DNA of 42,686 nt, from the sequence record NC_047890.1, one strand, 5' to 3'. The position numbers and the translations under genes are program-made. Shown piece by piece: positions 25,084 to 35,753 of the stretch; position 1 is the stretch's first letter; the number at the start of each line of letters is the position of its first letter. The notes below the pieces were generated by a model that saw nothing but the letters and a program-made list of their open reading frames with translations, did not search any database and was not told where the DNA came from. Source of the stretch: Escherichia phage PGT2.

Positions 25084-25698
25084 ATGGGTAATATCACGAA
25101 GTTGACTGTGGTCAACGAATGCCTGAAGACTATGGGAGAGGTTCCTCTGAATACCTTGGTTAACGAGGACCACCCGTACATTGCAGCGGCATTATCCGCG
25201 CTTGATTTGGCTCTTATCCGAGAACTCTCCTTACCGTGGTGGTTCAATACTGAGTATTGCACCCTGCATCCCGACAGCATCACAAAGAAGATTGTTCTCC
25301 CGCAGAACTGTCTCGACATCGACCCCCGTTCCGGCACCGGGTATCTGGTAGCCCGTGGTCGATACCTCTTTGACCGTATGAAGCAGAGCTACGAGTTCGA
25401 TGGTCCAGAGGAAGTCCGGTACACGTCATTTATTGAGTTTGATGACCTGCCGATGCTGTTCAAGATGTACGTGATGTATTCTGCGGTACTGGACTTCTGT
25501 TCCAGCTTTGATGCAGATGAACAACGCGTACAGGAAGTGAACATGAAATATGCAGCTTCTCGTGTGACCGTGAAGTCAGCCGATACCCGCAACAAGGACA
25601 TCAACATGTTCCAGCAGGTGAGCACTTCTACCAAACTTAACCGTATTGCTTGGCCGGGTACAACCGCTGTCCGAGCACGTAACGCAATGAGACGATAA
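25084..25698 (+). CDS. Tail tubular protein A
   Basis: Synteny with T7 gp11 (directly after capsid and its terminator) and similar size (204 aa). Confidence 0.7.
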   Translation: MGNITKLTVVNECLKTMGEVPLNTLVNEDHPYIAAALSALDLALIRELSLPWWFNTEYCTLHPDSITKKIVLPQNCLDIDPRSGTGYLVARGRYLFDRMKQSYEFDGPEEVRYTSFIEFDDLPMLFKMYVMYSAVLDFCSSFDADEQRVQEVNMKYAASRVTVKSADTRNKDINMFQQVSTSTKLNRIAWPGTTAVRARNAMRR

Positions 25699-25701
25699 TC
25701 T

Positions 25702-28332
25702 ATGGCGCGTGTTGAAGGTTCTTACGAATCAGTAGTTCGGGGCGTCTCTCAGCAGGTGCCACACCAACGTTTCTCAGGTCAGCACACTGACCAAAAAAAC
25801 TTACTTAGTGACCCGGTAGAGGGTCTGGTACGGCGCAGAGGTACTCGCCGCATATCAGAGCATCTTGTTACCCCGTCACTGACTGCCTCCGATATTGCAG
25901 AGATTCAAAAATATCGTACACACAAGTGGAACCCCGGTTCCGCTGGCGAACCCCTACAGGTTGCATATAAGGCCAAGCCCGGTGTTATAGGGGATAGCCG
26001 TCTGCTGTACATCATCAATCAGGTTACTCGGAACCGGGTTAACACTGCTGGTATAGACGCCGAGACTGATACGGTGTATCAGAAAGCGCGCGCTAACGGT
26101 CTGTCCGCCATAACCTCTGTAGGTCGTTACCTGTTCATGGCGGTAAACAATCATGTGGGCAGCGTGGCTGCGTCTCAGGATTACTTAGCAACAGCCAACC
26201 GCAATAAGGTTGTAGCATGGGTCCGTGGTGGGGCATATGCCCGTACATATACCGTGACCCTATTGCTGGATGCTGGTGGTCAATTGAAGTTCAGCTACAC
26301 CACAATGTCCTCGTCATATCCTACCTTGATTGACACCACTGCGGCTGGTAACACCACCGATACGGATTATCAGAATAAGCTGTCCAAGATAGTCGCCGAT
26401 TACAACTCGGCCACTACCAAGTGGATTTCGGACGCAGCCAAGGACATCGACGCGGAGAATATTGCCAACCGCTTATTGAACGGTCCAGCCACATCCGGTA
26501 ATACTGGTACTGGCACGGGTCTTATTGCAGCAAACGCTGCTGCCACTGGAATCAATAAAGTAACCAACCTGACATACGCGCTGGTTAGCTCCACGCTGTA
26601 TATTCAGGGCGACAACATTCGTGAGATAGTTGTTGACGATGGTGGCGACACGACACTGATTCGTGGCGTTGGTAATGAGGTAACGAGCGCGGACTTAGTA
26701 TCCACACGACACTTCTATGACAAGATTGTGAAGGTGCGTGCTAAGAAGTCGGACGACTCTGACGCATACTACCTGAAGGCAGAATCAAAGAACGATTCCA
26801 ATGACCCCGGTGTAACTGACCGTGGGGAGGTGGTCTGGAAAGAGTGTGCTGGATATACTCAGACGTTGACCAACCATTTCCTGTTCGGCTACTACCACAC
26901 CGATGGGGTCGTGTATGTTTCAAGCTCTCTTTCTAAGCTGTCTACTGCGCTTTCAATCACTACCCCGGTTCTCCAACCGAACCTTGCTGGGGATGATTTC
27001 ACCAACCCACCACCTAACTTCGGGACCAAGCAGATTAGTTACTTGGGTATGTTCCAAGACCGTCTTGTCGTGGGTTCGGGGGCAGTTGCTTCGTTCTCGC
27101 GGCCCGGAGATTACCTTAATTTCTTCCGACAATCAGTGCTCACGCTTACTGACACTGACCCGATTGACATGTTCGCACTCGGTGCCGAGGATGATGTTCT
27201 CCGACACTCGGCGTTGTTCGATAAGTCCTTATTCATCTTTGGTGACAAGCGACAATACGTAGTCAATGGGCGTACCGTCCTGACTCCGACCAACCAGAAC
27301 ATGACCGTGGTATCGCAGTTCCCGAACACTACCGGGGCGCAACCACAGGGTTCCGGCAACTTCATCTTCTATACGAAGCCCGGTGACACGAGTTCTCCAG
27401 TTATTACTCTCAACCAGATGCAGTATGGGCAGATTGCAGACTCCACGGAGTCCTATGACCTGTCTCAACAGTTAACTGACTTCTGTGCTGGGGTATGTGC
27501 TGAAATCGTTCCTGTGACCTCTCCAGCGGCTGTGTTGGTTCGTCCAGAGACATCGCAGAACTTGTACGTGTTCCGGTATACCGATGAGGTGGGTACTGGT
27601 CGTCGTATGCAGGCTGCATGGGACCGCTGGGAGTTCGACCCGGCATTCGGGACAATCATCTCTATGGCGACCTACGGCGATGAGATTCTGGCTATGGTTA
27701 TGCGTAGGGCCGAGGATGGTTCGACGTACCTGTGCGTTGAGCAGTTATCGTTACGACCTGCAAAAAGCAACGAACCATATTTCGACTCATATCAGGTGGC
27801 CACTGGTGTAGGTTCCGGGATTACCGTATCCTCTCCGTACCTGTTAGCAAGTCCGAACTTACTTAATCGCTGTTATGTTGCGGTTGTTGGTGGTAGCCAT
27901 GCTTTGACCGGGACCACGTATGAGGATCGTGCAGAACTGACAGCCTCTCAAATTGCCGATGGGACTTTGGCGGCGGGTATCCCGTTCGAATCTTCCTGCA
28001 TCCCAACCAACCCTTATCAGCGCGACCAGAATGGGAACGCTATTCTACAGGGTAGGCTGGTGCTGTCTCAGGTTCAAATATCCGTGCAGGAGACTGGGGC
28101 TATGGACGTATACGTGGCTGACGCTAACCGTGAGTGGTTATCGAAACACTTCAACGGGTTCCGCCTGTCTCGTACCGCATCTATGGTTGGTAGTCAACCT
28201 GTCGTGGACACCTCTATAACAGCATTGATTGGCCGAGAGGTCCGTGAATGCCGTTATCGCATTCAATCCGTTAAATTCCTGCCCATGGTGGTAACAGCCA
28301 TCTCGTGGCAGGGTCAATCATTTAGGAGATAA
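25702..28332 (+). CDS. Tail tubular protein B
   Basis: 876 aa; N-terminus resembles T7 gp12; synteny. Confidence 0.75.
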   Translation: MARVEGSYESVVRGVSQQVPHQRFSGQHTDQKNLLSDPVEGLVRRRGTRRISEHLVTPSLTASDIAEIQKYRTHKWNPGSAGEPLQVAYKAKPGVIGDSRLLYIINQVTRNRVNTAGIDAETDTVYQKARANGLSAITSVGRYLFMAVNNHVGSVAASQDYLATANRNKVVAWVRGGAYARTYTVTLLLDAGGQLKFSYTTMSSSYPTLIDTTAAGNTTDTDYQNKLSKIVADYNSATTKWISDAAKDIDAENIANRLLNGPATSGNTGTGTGLIAANAAATGINKVTNLTYALVSSTLYIQGDNIREIVVDDGGDTTLIRGVGNEVTSADLVSTRHFYDKIVKVRAKKSDDSDAYYLKAESKNDSNDPGVTDRGEVVWKECAGYTQTLTNHFLFGYYHTDGVVYVSSSLSKLSTALSITTPVLQPNLAGDDFTNPPPNFGTKQISYLGMFQDRLVVGSGAVASFSRPGDYLNFFRQSVLTLTDTDPIDMFALGAEDDVLRHSALFDKSLFIFGDKRQYVVNGRTVLTPTNQNMTVVSQFPNTTGAQPQGSGNFIFYTKPGDTSSPVITLNQMQYGQIADSTESYDLSQQLTDFCAGVCAEIVPVTSPAAVLVRPETSQNLYVFRYTDEVGTGRRMQAAWDRWEFDPAFGTIISMATYGDEILAMVMRRAEDGSTYLCVEQLSLRPAKSNEPYFDSYQVATGVGSGITVSSPYLLASPNLLNRCYVAVVGGSHALTGTTYEDRAELTASQIADGTLAAGIPFESSCIPTNPYQRDQNGNAILQGRLVLSQVQISVQETGAMDVYVADANREWLSKHFNGFRLSRTASMVGSQPVVDTSITALIGREVRECRYRIQSVKFLPMVVTAISWQGQSFRR

Positions 28333-28334
28333 CT

Positions 28335-29162
28335 ATGGGGTCTACTGGTGGCGGTGCCTTGGGCGGTGCTGCTGGCGGTGCTGCTGCCGGGTACTCCGTC
28401 GGGGGTCCGTGGGGCGCTGCGATTGGTGGCGCTCTCGGCCTTGTCTCTGGCCTGTTCTCCGGTAACAAAGAGAAAGCTCAGGCCCGGATAGCGAACGCAC
28501 AGCAACAAGCTCAGTACATCGTTCAGAACGCACAGGCTCAGGCTCAGACAATGCTGAGTCAGAACTCTGCGGCTGCTCAAAACTTGGTGGCATCGGGCAA
28601 TAACTTTCTGGCAGCAGCCAATGAAAGCGTTGCCCTGTACACCCAATCTCTAAACAACCAGCGGTCATATAAGGCTACTGGAGAAGCATACAATGCCCTT
28701 CAGGAGTCTATTGGTCGTTACAGCGACGATTACCTTCGTGGCACATTCCAACAGCGCCTACAGGCTTCTGAGATGTTAGGGCGCACAACGGCAGAGTTCG
28801 CTGCTGCCGGGGTTGGTGGTTCTACATCGCAACTCGTTAACCGGACCATGCGTCTTCAGGCTGGTGTGGCAGAAGAAGAGATGCGCATCGGTAATCGCTC
28901 GGCTATGTGGGACTTCGCTAAACAGCGAGGGGCGCTCACTGACCAAGCAGTCGATGGTACGCAGATGCTCGTCCAGCGTGACATGACAGGTTACGACCCG
29001 TCAGCCGGGTTCTACTTCGGTAACACTACGATTGGGCCGCAGGCTCCTGTCGGTACTCAGAACCTTAATAGCTGGAGCAATACACTCGGTTCCGTACTCG
29101 GTTCCGGTATGTCTGCATATAATACCGTCCAAGGTATGAGCGCATTAAGTAAACTCAAATAG
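28335..29162 (+). CDS. Internal virion protein (gp14-like) with Gly/Ala-rich hydrophobic N-terminus
   Basis: Synteny; N-terminus GALGGAAGGAAAGYSVGGPWGAAIGGALGLVSGLFSG. Confidence 0.6.
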   Translation: MGSTGGGALGGAAGGAAAGYSVGGPWGAAIGGALGLVSGLFSGNKEKAQARIANAQQQAQYIVQNAQAQAQTMLSQNSAAAQNLVASGNNFLAAANESVALYTQSLNNQRSYKATGEAYNALQESIGRYSDDYLRGTFQQRLQASEMLGRTTAEFAAAGVGGSTSQLVNRTMRLQAGVAEEEMRIGNRSAMWDFAKQRGALTDQAVDGTQMLVQRDMTGYDPSAGFYFGNTTIGPQAPVGTQNLNSWSNTLGSVLGSGMSAYNTVQGMSALSKLK

Positions 29163-29171
29163 TGAGGCTAT

Positions 29172-31490
29172 ATGGCAGGGCCAGAAACTTATTCAGTGAA
29201 TACGCAGCGGCAACAGGCTGCTGTTGCGCCACAGGGTCAATCTCTGATTCGCTCTACTGGCGCTGCCACTCGTCCCGCTACCGCTGCTCAACAGGGCAGC
29301 ATTTCTTATGTCGGGGCGCAAGTGGCAGAGGAATCCGCCGCGTCCCAATACTCCCGTGCACAGAGTGACAAGACAACGGACTGGCTGTTAAAGGCCGCTT
29401 CCGCCATCATCGAACCAAAGATGCAGGCTCTCCAGTCCCAACAGGTGATGAAGGGTATTCAGGAAGCGGCAGCAGGGAAGTCGATTGATGAGATTAAGGA
29501 CGCACCTCCGTGGTACTCCGCAATCTTCGGCGATAGCGATTTGGTTACTGCTGCCCGTGCTTATCAGGCACAGGCTGCGGTATCTAAGTTCGTAACCCAA
29601 GTACAGCGTGACATTCCGACGATGAACGACATGTCGCCGGAAGAAGCGCGGAACTACATGACCACCAAGTGGCAGGAGTTCCAGACCGGGGACATGATTA
29701 CGGATGCCGTAGCGAACCAACAGTTCCTCAATGCGGCACCGGGCTTGTTTGAACAATACAACAAGCAGAACTACAAGAACTGGCAGGAAACTGCCAAGGT
29801 TGCACAGCAGCAGGCGTACAGTGCCATGTCCGCCAGCTACAACCAGAAAGCCATGAGCTATGCGACGGACGGGACCATCTCCAAAGATGATCTTCTGAAA
29901 TCGCAGGTTGAGCTGATTAACGGTCTGTCCTCGGTTGATGGCCAGACTTTTGAGTCGTGGTCCAGCAACTTGGTATCCGCTGTGCAGGATGCTGTTAACA
30001 ATGGCAACTTCCATTCGGTGACGGCGATAACTTCCTCCGGCTTACTGGACAACTTACCCCCTGACCAACAGTCCGCTATAGGTTCCATGATTCGTGCTGG
30101 TGAAGCCAAATCCATTATGGATGTGAGAATCACTCCAGAATACTCATCTCAGATTGCGGACCTGCAATGGGAACTGCGTACCGGGCAACTCTCCCCGCAG
30201 GATGTATTTCAACGCACTGCGGTAATTAACGCCTCGGCCAAGGCCAAGTACGGGTACACGATGCCTCTAATCGGACCGGATGAGGTTGAGAGTTGGATGG
30301 GGACGTCAATTGGATTGTCGTCCAATGAGGTTAACCAATCCCGTACTCAGGCTATCTCCGACCAGAAACGTCTGGCTCAGAAGACTGCTGATGAGGCTGG
30401 TCGTCAGGATGCGGAACGTCGGGAACTACTGTTGGGTGGGAACCGCTTCTCTTCGGGTGGGCTTATTCCTCCGGGAGAATCCACTGACCCAGTTAAGAAA
30501 GCTGGTGCTGGTATGTTCGACCGTATGGAGAAGGTTAACCCCGGTAGCGGATATACGTCCCTAGTGAACCTCTACGCGAACAATAACGGTCTGGTCATCC
30601 CTACCCTACAGGCTCGCTTTCAGAGTGGCCTACAGACTTCTGACAAGACCGAATGGACGCCTGAGTTTGATGAGTCCACTACCAAGCCGTTTATGCAGAT
30701 GATAGCCCAGCATGGTGGTCATAATGCGGCTGTTCAGTATTTCGGTGCTGACGGCTACAAGAAGATGACCAACTACCTGTCTGCCATGAATAACGGTGTT
30801 CCGCAGCCACTGGCGTATCACGAAGCCTTTGTGGAACCGCAGCGTTTGGGAGATACATCCAACCTGACTAAAGAGGAGCAGAAGCTCTTAGGTAAGGAGT
30901 TGGATGTGGCGTGGTATGAACGTTTCTTCACGGATGGTAAGAGCGCTTCTGCCCGTGCTACCATCATGCACTCAGCCGCTGGTCACTATGCTGACCTGAA
31001 GGCAAACTCGCGGTACACGGATGACGACGAGCGAGCAAAGACAGCACTCAATCTGGCCCTAAATGATGGCAACATTGCCACGTATGGGCGCTGGGCGTGG
31101 GACCGGGATAAGTCTGCAAAACCTCTGCATGAGCAGGTTGGTTTGAGCAGCGACCAGACCTACGGTGTATTGTCTACGCATCTGGAACGTATGCCACAGT
31201 TCAAAGGAACCAATCTTGATAACGCCTCGTTCATTGAGCGGGTTGACTCCGATGGCAACTCAGACCTGCTGGTGTACGTCCCTACTGGGGATGGTAAGTT
31301 CCGCATCGGTAGCGTGTCCGCTGCTGACATCCGGGAAACGGCCAAGAGGATTCGTGATGCAGAACGTGAGAGTCGTATTAAGTTACGCACAGAACTCAAC
31401 AACCCTACCCTGCGCCGTGGTACTGGTGAAGGCTTAATTAATACTGGTGGCGGTACTGGACTATTCTCAGGCGGTACTGGACAACGTTAA
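29172..31490 (+). CDS. Internal virion protein (gp15-like)
   Basis: 772 aa, synteny and size comparable to T7 gp15. Confidence 0.6.
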   Translation: MAGPETYSVNTQRQQAAVAPQGQSLIRSTGAATRPATAAQQGSISYVGAQVAEESAASQYSRAQSDKTTDWLLKAASAIIEPKMQALQSQQVMKGIQEAAAGKSIDEIKDAPPWYSAIFGDSDLVTAARAYQAQAAVSKFVTQVQRDIPTMNDMSPEEARNYMTTKWQEFQTGDMITDAVANQQFLNAAPGLFEQYNKQNYKNWQETAKVAQQQAYSAMSASYNQKAMSYATDGTISKDDLLKSQVELINGLSSVDGQTFESWSSNLVSAVQDAVNNGNFHSVTAITSSGLLDNLPPDQQSAIGSMIRAGEAKSIMDVRITPEYSSQIADLQWELRTGQLSPQDVFQRTAVINASAKAKYGYTMPLIGPDEVESWMGTSIGLSSNEVNQSRTQAISDQKRLAQKTADEAGRQDAERRELLLGGNRFSSGGLIPPGESTDPVKKAGAGMFDRMEKVNPGSGYTSLVNLYANNNGLVIPTLQARFQSGLQTSDKTEWTPEFDESTTKPFMQMIAQHGGHNAAVQYFGADGYKKMTNYLSAMNNGVPQPLAYHEAFVEPQRLGDTSNLTKEEQKLLGKELDVAWYERFFTDGKSASARATIMHSAAGHYADLKANSRYTDDDERAKTALNLALNDGNIATYGRWAWDRDKSAKPLHEQVGLSSDQTYGVLSTHLERMPQFKGTNLDNASFIERVDSDGNSDLLVYVPTGDGKFRIGSVSAADIRETAKRIRDAERESRIKLRTELNNPTLRRGTGEGLINTGGGTGLFSGGTGQR

Positions 31491-31509
31491 TAACACATAG
31501 GAACCTCCG

Positions 31510-34500
31510 ATGAACTATACAGAACTTCGTGGTAAAACCTCCGACGAAATCTTTGAGGCTGTTGCCAAAGACACGGGGGTTCCTACTCAACTGCTGAAGA
31601 ACATGTGGCAGGTAGAATCTGGTGGCGGACAGAATATGAAGTCCCCCGCTGGTGCTGTCGGCCACATGCAAATTATGCCGCGCGAATTGGGCGTAATGCG
31701 TAAGACCTATGGTGAAGACCTCGACCCTATGAATTTGGCTGACTCGGTGTTTATGGCCGGGAAGATGCTCAAAGAAAACATGCAGCACTTTGGGAACATC
31801 CCCGATGCTGTATCCGCCTACAACGGCGGGTGGACTAAATCCCGATGGAGTAACCCAGAGACTTCGGCATACACCCCGAAGGTTCTCGCCGGAACAGGAA
31901 TCACCTTTGATGAACAAGGCACCCCGCACGTCGAGCAACCCTACACAACGAGCCGTGCTCAGATTGATTCGGTTCGTCCTGAACCTGTTGTTCAAGCGAA
32001 AACCTACTTAAATTCTGTAGAGAAGAACGCTATTGAACAGCAGATGTACAATAAGCAGCTTCAGGGTACTGACACCAATGAAGTTGTTAATGAGGCTGTT
32101 CAATTAAGTTTTAACCCGGAGGCTGCATTCGGTCTGGCTGATAGCCTATCCACTACACCTCCGGCAACCTCCTATGACAGCGCCGACCAAGCCATCGCCC
32201 TTGATGTGCAGGCGTCAGTCAAAGAGGCCACCCGTATTGCGAACACTACTGCCGGAGATGCCTTCTCCGCAGCATTCAAGCAATACTCGTTGACGGGTAC
32301 TGCTATGGAGGCGATGGCTAACACCACCGCCGATATAATGGACAAGCGCCAGCAGGTAGACCGGAAGTGGATTGAGGAGTACGAGGCAAAGCGTGAGCAG
32401 ATGATTAAAGGTCTGTCTCCCTATGCCGTTACTCAACTGGACCAAGCCCTTAACGCGCAGGAAGCGAAGGACATCGTGGACCGCGATAAGCGTGACCAAG
32501 TGGTCCAGCAGACTTTGAATGATTCTGGTCATCCAATCCTCTGGGGATTAACCGCAGGTATCCTTGACCCGGCTGGTTGGGTTGTTGGTGGGGGTGTAGG
32601 CAAGGCATTTATGCTTGGTAAAAGCGTCAGCATGGCTGCTCGCATGGGTAAGTTGGCCGCAGGTAACGCCGCAGGTAACGTGGCCGTTACTGGTGCTATG
32701 GATTTGTTGGGTGGCCAGATTACCCCTGACGACTATATCCATGCCGCTGCCTTTGGTTTGGCTACTGGTGCCGCTTTGGGAGCATTCTCTCGTGGCGACC
32801 GGGCGGCTATACAGCAGGCAGCAGCAGATATGCACGAAGCCGCAACAGCGCGTACTCAAGCGACCGTAGAACGCGCGGCGAAAGAGCACTACAAAATGTA
32901 CGCTGGTGTGGACCCGTTCGAAGCCACTGACCCAAATGCAATCGTACAGCTTCATCGTGGGAACACTGACCCTAGTAATGGTCCGGTGTGGTGGACTACC
33001 GACCGGGCTAAGGCCGCTGGGGATGGGGATGTTGACAGTATCTGGGTACGGGCCTCCGATATACAAACTAAGGGAGTGGCTGGTCCTAACGGCCCTGATG
33101 AAGTGGTATTCCAAACTGACCCTCGTTCGTTTGCTGTAGGCGGGCCGAGTGCTGAGGATTTGGCCCAGACAGCAGCTAAGATGTCTGAGCGTGAGATTAT
33201 GGATACTGTTGACCAAGTGCTCACTCAACCTACTGCTGAATCCAAAGTGTTCCAGCCACGGGACATCGACCCGGTAGAGACTGGTCGCCTACAGCAGCAG
33301 TACAGTCTGGATAGTGTAACCGATGAGCATCGCTTGTCATCCATCAACTCCCTGTACAAATCCGCTGAAGACTTCATCGCCGCCAACAAGGATAAGATTC
33401 GTCATACGGCTATTACCAACCAGAAGTACCGTCCCATATCCGATGCTCTCGGCTTTCGTTCCGCTAGTAACGAGTTAATCTCCGATGACAACTATCTGGC
33501 GAAGGTTTTGGGTATGGTGGTAGCTGAGGATACCGCTGGCATTTCTGGTGTCCGTGGGGTTACTGTGGCGATTAAATCTCGCTTACTGAACAACCACGTC
33601 AACCTGAACATTGAACGCGGTATCCACGAGAACTATACCGCTTACCTAAAGGCCAAGGGCGTTGGTCGCGTTAAAGGTGCTTTAGAAACCTACACCACCG
33701 GGAAGAACATTACCGAGTTCTATGCACAGGTTGCAGCAGAGATTCGTAACCGGGCCAACCCGATGTTCGTATCCACTGCACATCGTTCCGTACAGCAAGC
33801 AGCCAACGTACTGGAAGATGGCTTCCAGCGCATGGGTGACCTTCAGCGCATGGCTAAGACTCTGGGGCACGAGTTCATACCAACCAGTTCCCGTGGCTAC
33901 CTGCCGCAGCAACTGAATGGTAAGGCATTCGCCGCATTGTCTGGTGCAGAGAAGCGTCAGGTTCAACAGGAGTTCATCCGACAGGCTACCAAAGATTTTG
34001 GGTGGGATACAGAGTTCGCCTCTAAGAAGGTGGCCGAGTACATGAACCGTGCTGAGGATGCTGCTACGCCTGCTGGCCGGATGAATCCATCTGCTGGTAA
34101 AGACCTGATGGGTATGTTGATGGAAGAGTTGGATAACCCCAATCTGGCCCCTGACCAGTACATGCAGATTCTTGAGCGTCTCCGTTCTGGTGCTGCAAAG
34201 CATACCAACAAACGCCTTGACTGGGATTTGAACGCAACTATCCGTATGGATAACGGTGACATGATTCCTCTGTCCTCCCTGTACAATAACGACGTACTGT
34301 CACTGTACAAAGGGTACGCCAACCGGGTATCCGGTGACGTAGCATTCGCTCATGTAGGAATTTATGGCGACCGTGACATACGTATGATTACCGAGGCACT
34401 CCAGAGGAGCAAAGTTGGCGACCCTACGAAAACCATCCCGGCTTGGCAGCAAGTCGTCAACGAAGTTTACCAGCGCCCTACTGCCACTGACGCTGGTGGT

Positions 34501-35712
34501 AATCTCTCCACTTCTGCTCGTTTTATTCGTCAGTATACTGGCATTCGTTTACTCGGCGGAGTAGCGTTCATGCAGTTAGGGGAGATGGCCAATACCATCT
34601 CTCACTTGGGCGTAGGTGTGTTTATGAAGTTCCTCCCAGCCGTTCCTCGTCTCCTGAAAGAGGCAAAGGCTCTCAAGGCGGGTCAGATACCAGAGAACAG
34701 TGTTATGTGGTCTGTGGACTCCATAGCAGGTTCTCCGTTGGGTGTTGAGCAGTTCCAGATGGTAATGCCGCAGGTTATTGACGAAGGTCTGTCCATTGTG
34801 GACCAGCGTTCATTCAATACTGTGATGCGTGCTATGGGCGGTGCTCAGTTGCTGCATAACAAGTTCTCCTTCATGCGTGCTGTAACGGTGGTGCAGCAGC
34901 GTTTCGTTGGTAATGAAATCGTCATGAAGGCTATGCGCTACATGCGTGATGGTACGGATGACGTGGCTTTACGTGATATGGGTATCACACCAGAACTGGC
35001 AGCTAAGTTCCGTGCAGAGATGGGGAATATTGCCGAGTTCACTGAGAGCGGCCACCTGAAGGCGTTGAACCTCTACCATATGAAGGATATGGATGCTGTG
35101 GCGGAGTTCATTACGGCGGTACGTCGTGGGACCGGGCAAATCATTCAGGATACCTTCCCCGGCGAGACTGGTAAGTGGATGCGTTCGGAGATTGGTCAGT
35201 TACTGATGCAGTTCCGTAAATTCCCTTCCGTAGCCATTGAGAAGCAGTACATGCGTCAGTACGGTAAGTTTGGGTTCACCAAAGCTCTGGGCGGCACACT
35301 AGCTGCTATGGGTATTGGCACCTTTCTTTACTATGGCCGCGCTATGGTTGCTGCATCCTTGCTCGGAGAGAGTGAGCGCGAGAAGTTCTTAGAGGCACGT
35401 CTGGCACCTGCATCCGTAGCGAGTGGGGCGTTGATGTACGTATCCAACTTGGGTATGCTCAGCGACTTCCTACAGCTTGGTAGTGGTGTTGGGAACATGC
35501 TGGACGACTCTATGGACTTAGGCTGGACACACGGGCGGGGTATTCCAGCACAAGGTATCGGTGGGGTAATCCCATCCCTTGGTACGCTGAGCGATGCCTA
35601 CAACCTGACTCAACAACCTTCTGTGAACGGTGCGTTGAAACTACTCCCATTCACAAACTTGCCTATGGTTCTTCCGATAATCAATGCAATCAAGCATTCG
35701 GATGACGACTAA
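31510..35712 (+). CDS. Internal virion protein (gp16-like) with N-terminal lytic transglycosylase domain
   Basis: N-terminal SLT-type motif MWQVESGGGQNMKSPAGAVGHMQIMP; 1400 aa; synteny. Confidence 0.8.
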   Translation: MNYTELRGKTSDEIFEAVAKDTGVPTQLLKNMWQVESGGGQNMKSPAGAVGHMQIMPRELGVMRKTYGEDLDPMNLADSVFMAGKMLKENMQHFGNIPDAVSAYNGGWTKSRWSNPETSAYTPKVLAGTGITFDEQGTPHVEQPYTTSRAQIDSVRPEPVVQAKTYLNSVEKNAIEQQMYNKQLQGTDTNEVVNEAVQLSFNPEAAFGLADSLSTTPPATSYDSADQAIALDVQASVKEATRIANTTAGDAFSAAFKQYSLTGTAMEAMANTTADIMDKRQQVDRKWIEEYEAKREQMIKGLSPYAVTQLDQALNAQEAKDIVDRDKRDQVVQQTLNDSGHPILWGLTAGILDPAGWVVGGGVGKAFMLGKSVSMAARMGKLAAGNAAGNVAVTGAMDLLGGQITPDDYIHAAAFGLATGAALGAFSRGDRAAIQQAAADMHEAATARTQATVERAAKEHYKMYAGVDPFEATDPNAIVQLHRGNTDPSNGPVWWTTDRAKAAGDGDVDSIWVRASDIQTKGVAGPNGPDEVVFQTDPRSFAVGGPSAEDLAQTAAKMSEREIMDTVDQVLTQPTAESKVFQPRDIDPVETGRLQQQYSLDSVTDEHRLSSINSLYKSAEDFIAANKDKIRHTAITNQKYRPISDALGFRSASNELISDDNYLAKVLGMVVAEDTAGISGVRGVTVAIKSRLLNNHVNLNIERGIHENYTAYLKAKGVGRVKGALETYTTGKNITEFYAQVAAEIRNRANPMFVSTAHRSVQQAANVLEDGFQRMGDLQRMAKTLGHEFIPTSSRGYLPQQLNGKAFAALSGAEKRQVQQEFIRQATKDFGWDTEFASKKVAEYMNRAEDAATPAGRMNPSAGKDLMGMLMEELDNPNLAPDQYMQILERLRSGAAKHTNKRLDWDLNATIRMDNGDMIPLSSLYNNDVLSLYKGYANRVSGDVAFAHVGIYGDRDIRMITEALQRSKVGDPTKTIPAWQQVVNEVYQRPTATDAGGNLSTSARFIRQYTGIRLLGGVAFMQLGEMANTISHLGVGVFMKFLPAVPRLLKEAKALKAGQIPENSVMWSVDSIAGSPLGVEQFQMVMPQVIDEGLSIVDQRSFNTVMRAMGGAQLLHNKFSFMRAVTVVQQRFVGNEIVMKAMRYMRDGTDDVALRDMGITPELAAKFRAEMGNIAEFTESGHLKALNLYHMKDMDAVAEFITAVRRGTGQIIQDTFPGETGKWMRSEIGQLLMQFRKFPSVAIEKQYMRQYGKFGFTKALGGTLAAMGIGTFLYYGRAMVAASLLGESEREKFLEARLAPASVASGALMYVSNLGMLSDFLQLGSGVGNMLDDSMDLGWTHGRGIPAQGIGGVIPSLGTLSDAYNLTQQPSVNGALKLLPFTNLPMVLPIINAIKHSDDD

Positions 35713-35714
35713 AT

Positions 35715-35743
35715 GGTGGGCTTCGGCCCACCTCTATTTTATT
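35715..35743 (+). terminator. Rho-independent terminator between the gp16-like gene and the tail fiber gene
   Basis: Perfect 7-bp stem ggtgggc / gcccacc with loop ttcg, then tctattttatt. Confidence 0.6.
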
Positions 35744-35753
35744 GGAGATTTTG

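Noticed and set aside
31438-31995. 185-aa minus-strand ORF, and the many other minus-strand ORFs (for example 24042-24812, 32548-33228, 41266-41838)
   Set aside because: Every region is already covered by a motif-supported + strand gene with an RBS; T7-type genomes are transcribed from one strand, and these ORFs are unconstrained antisense frames.
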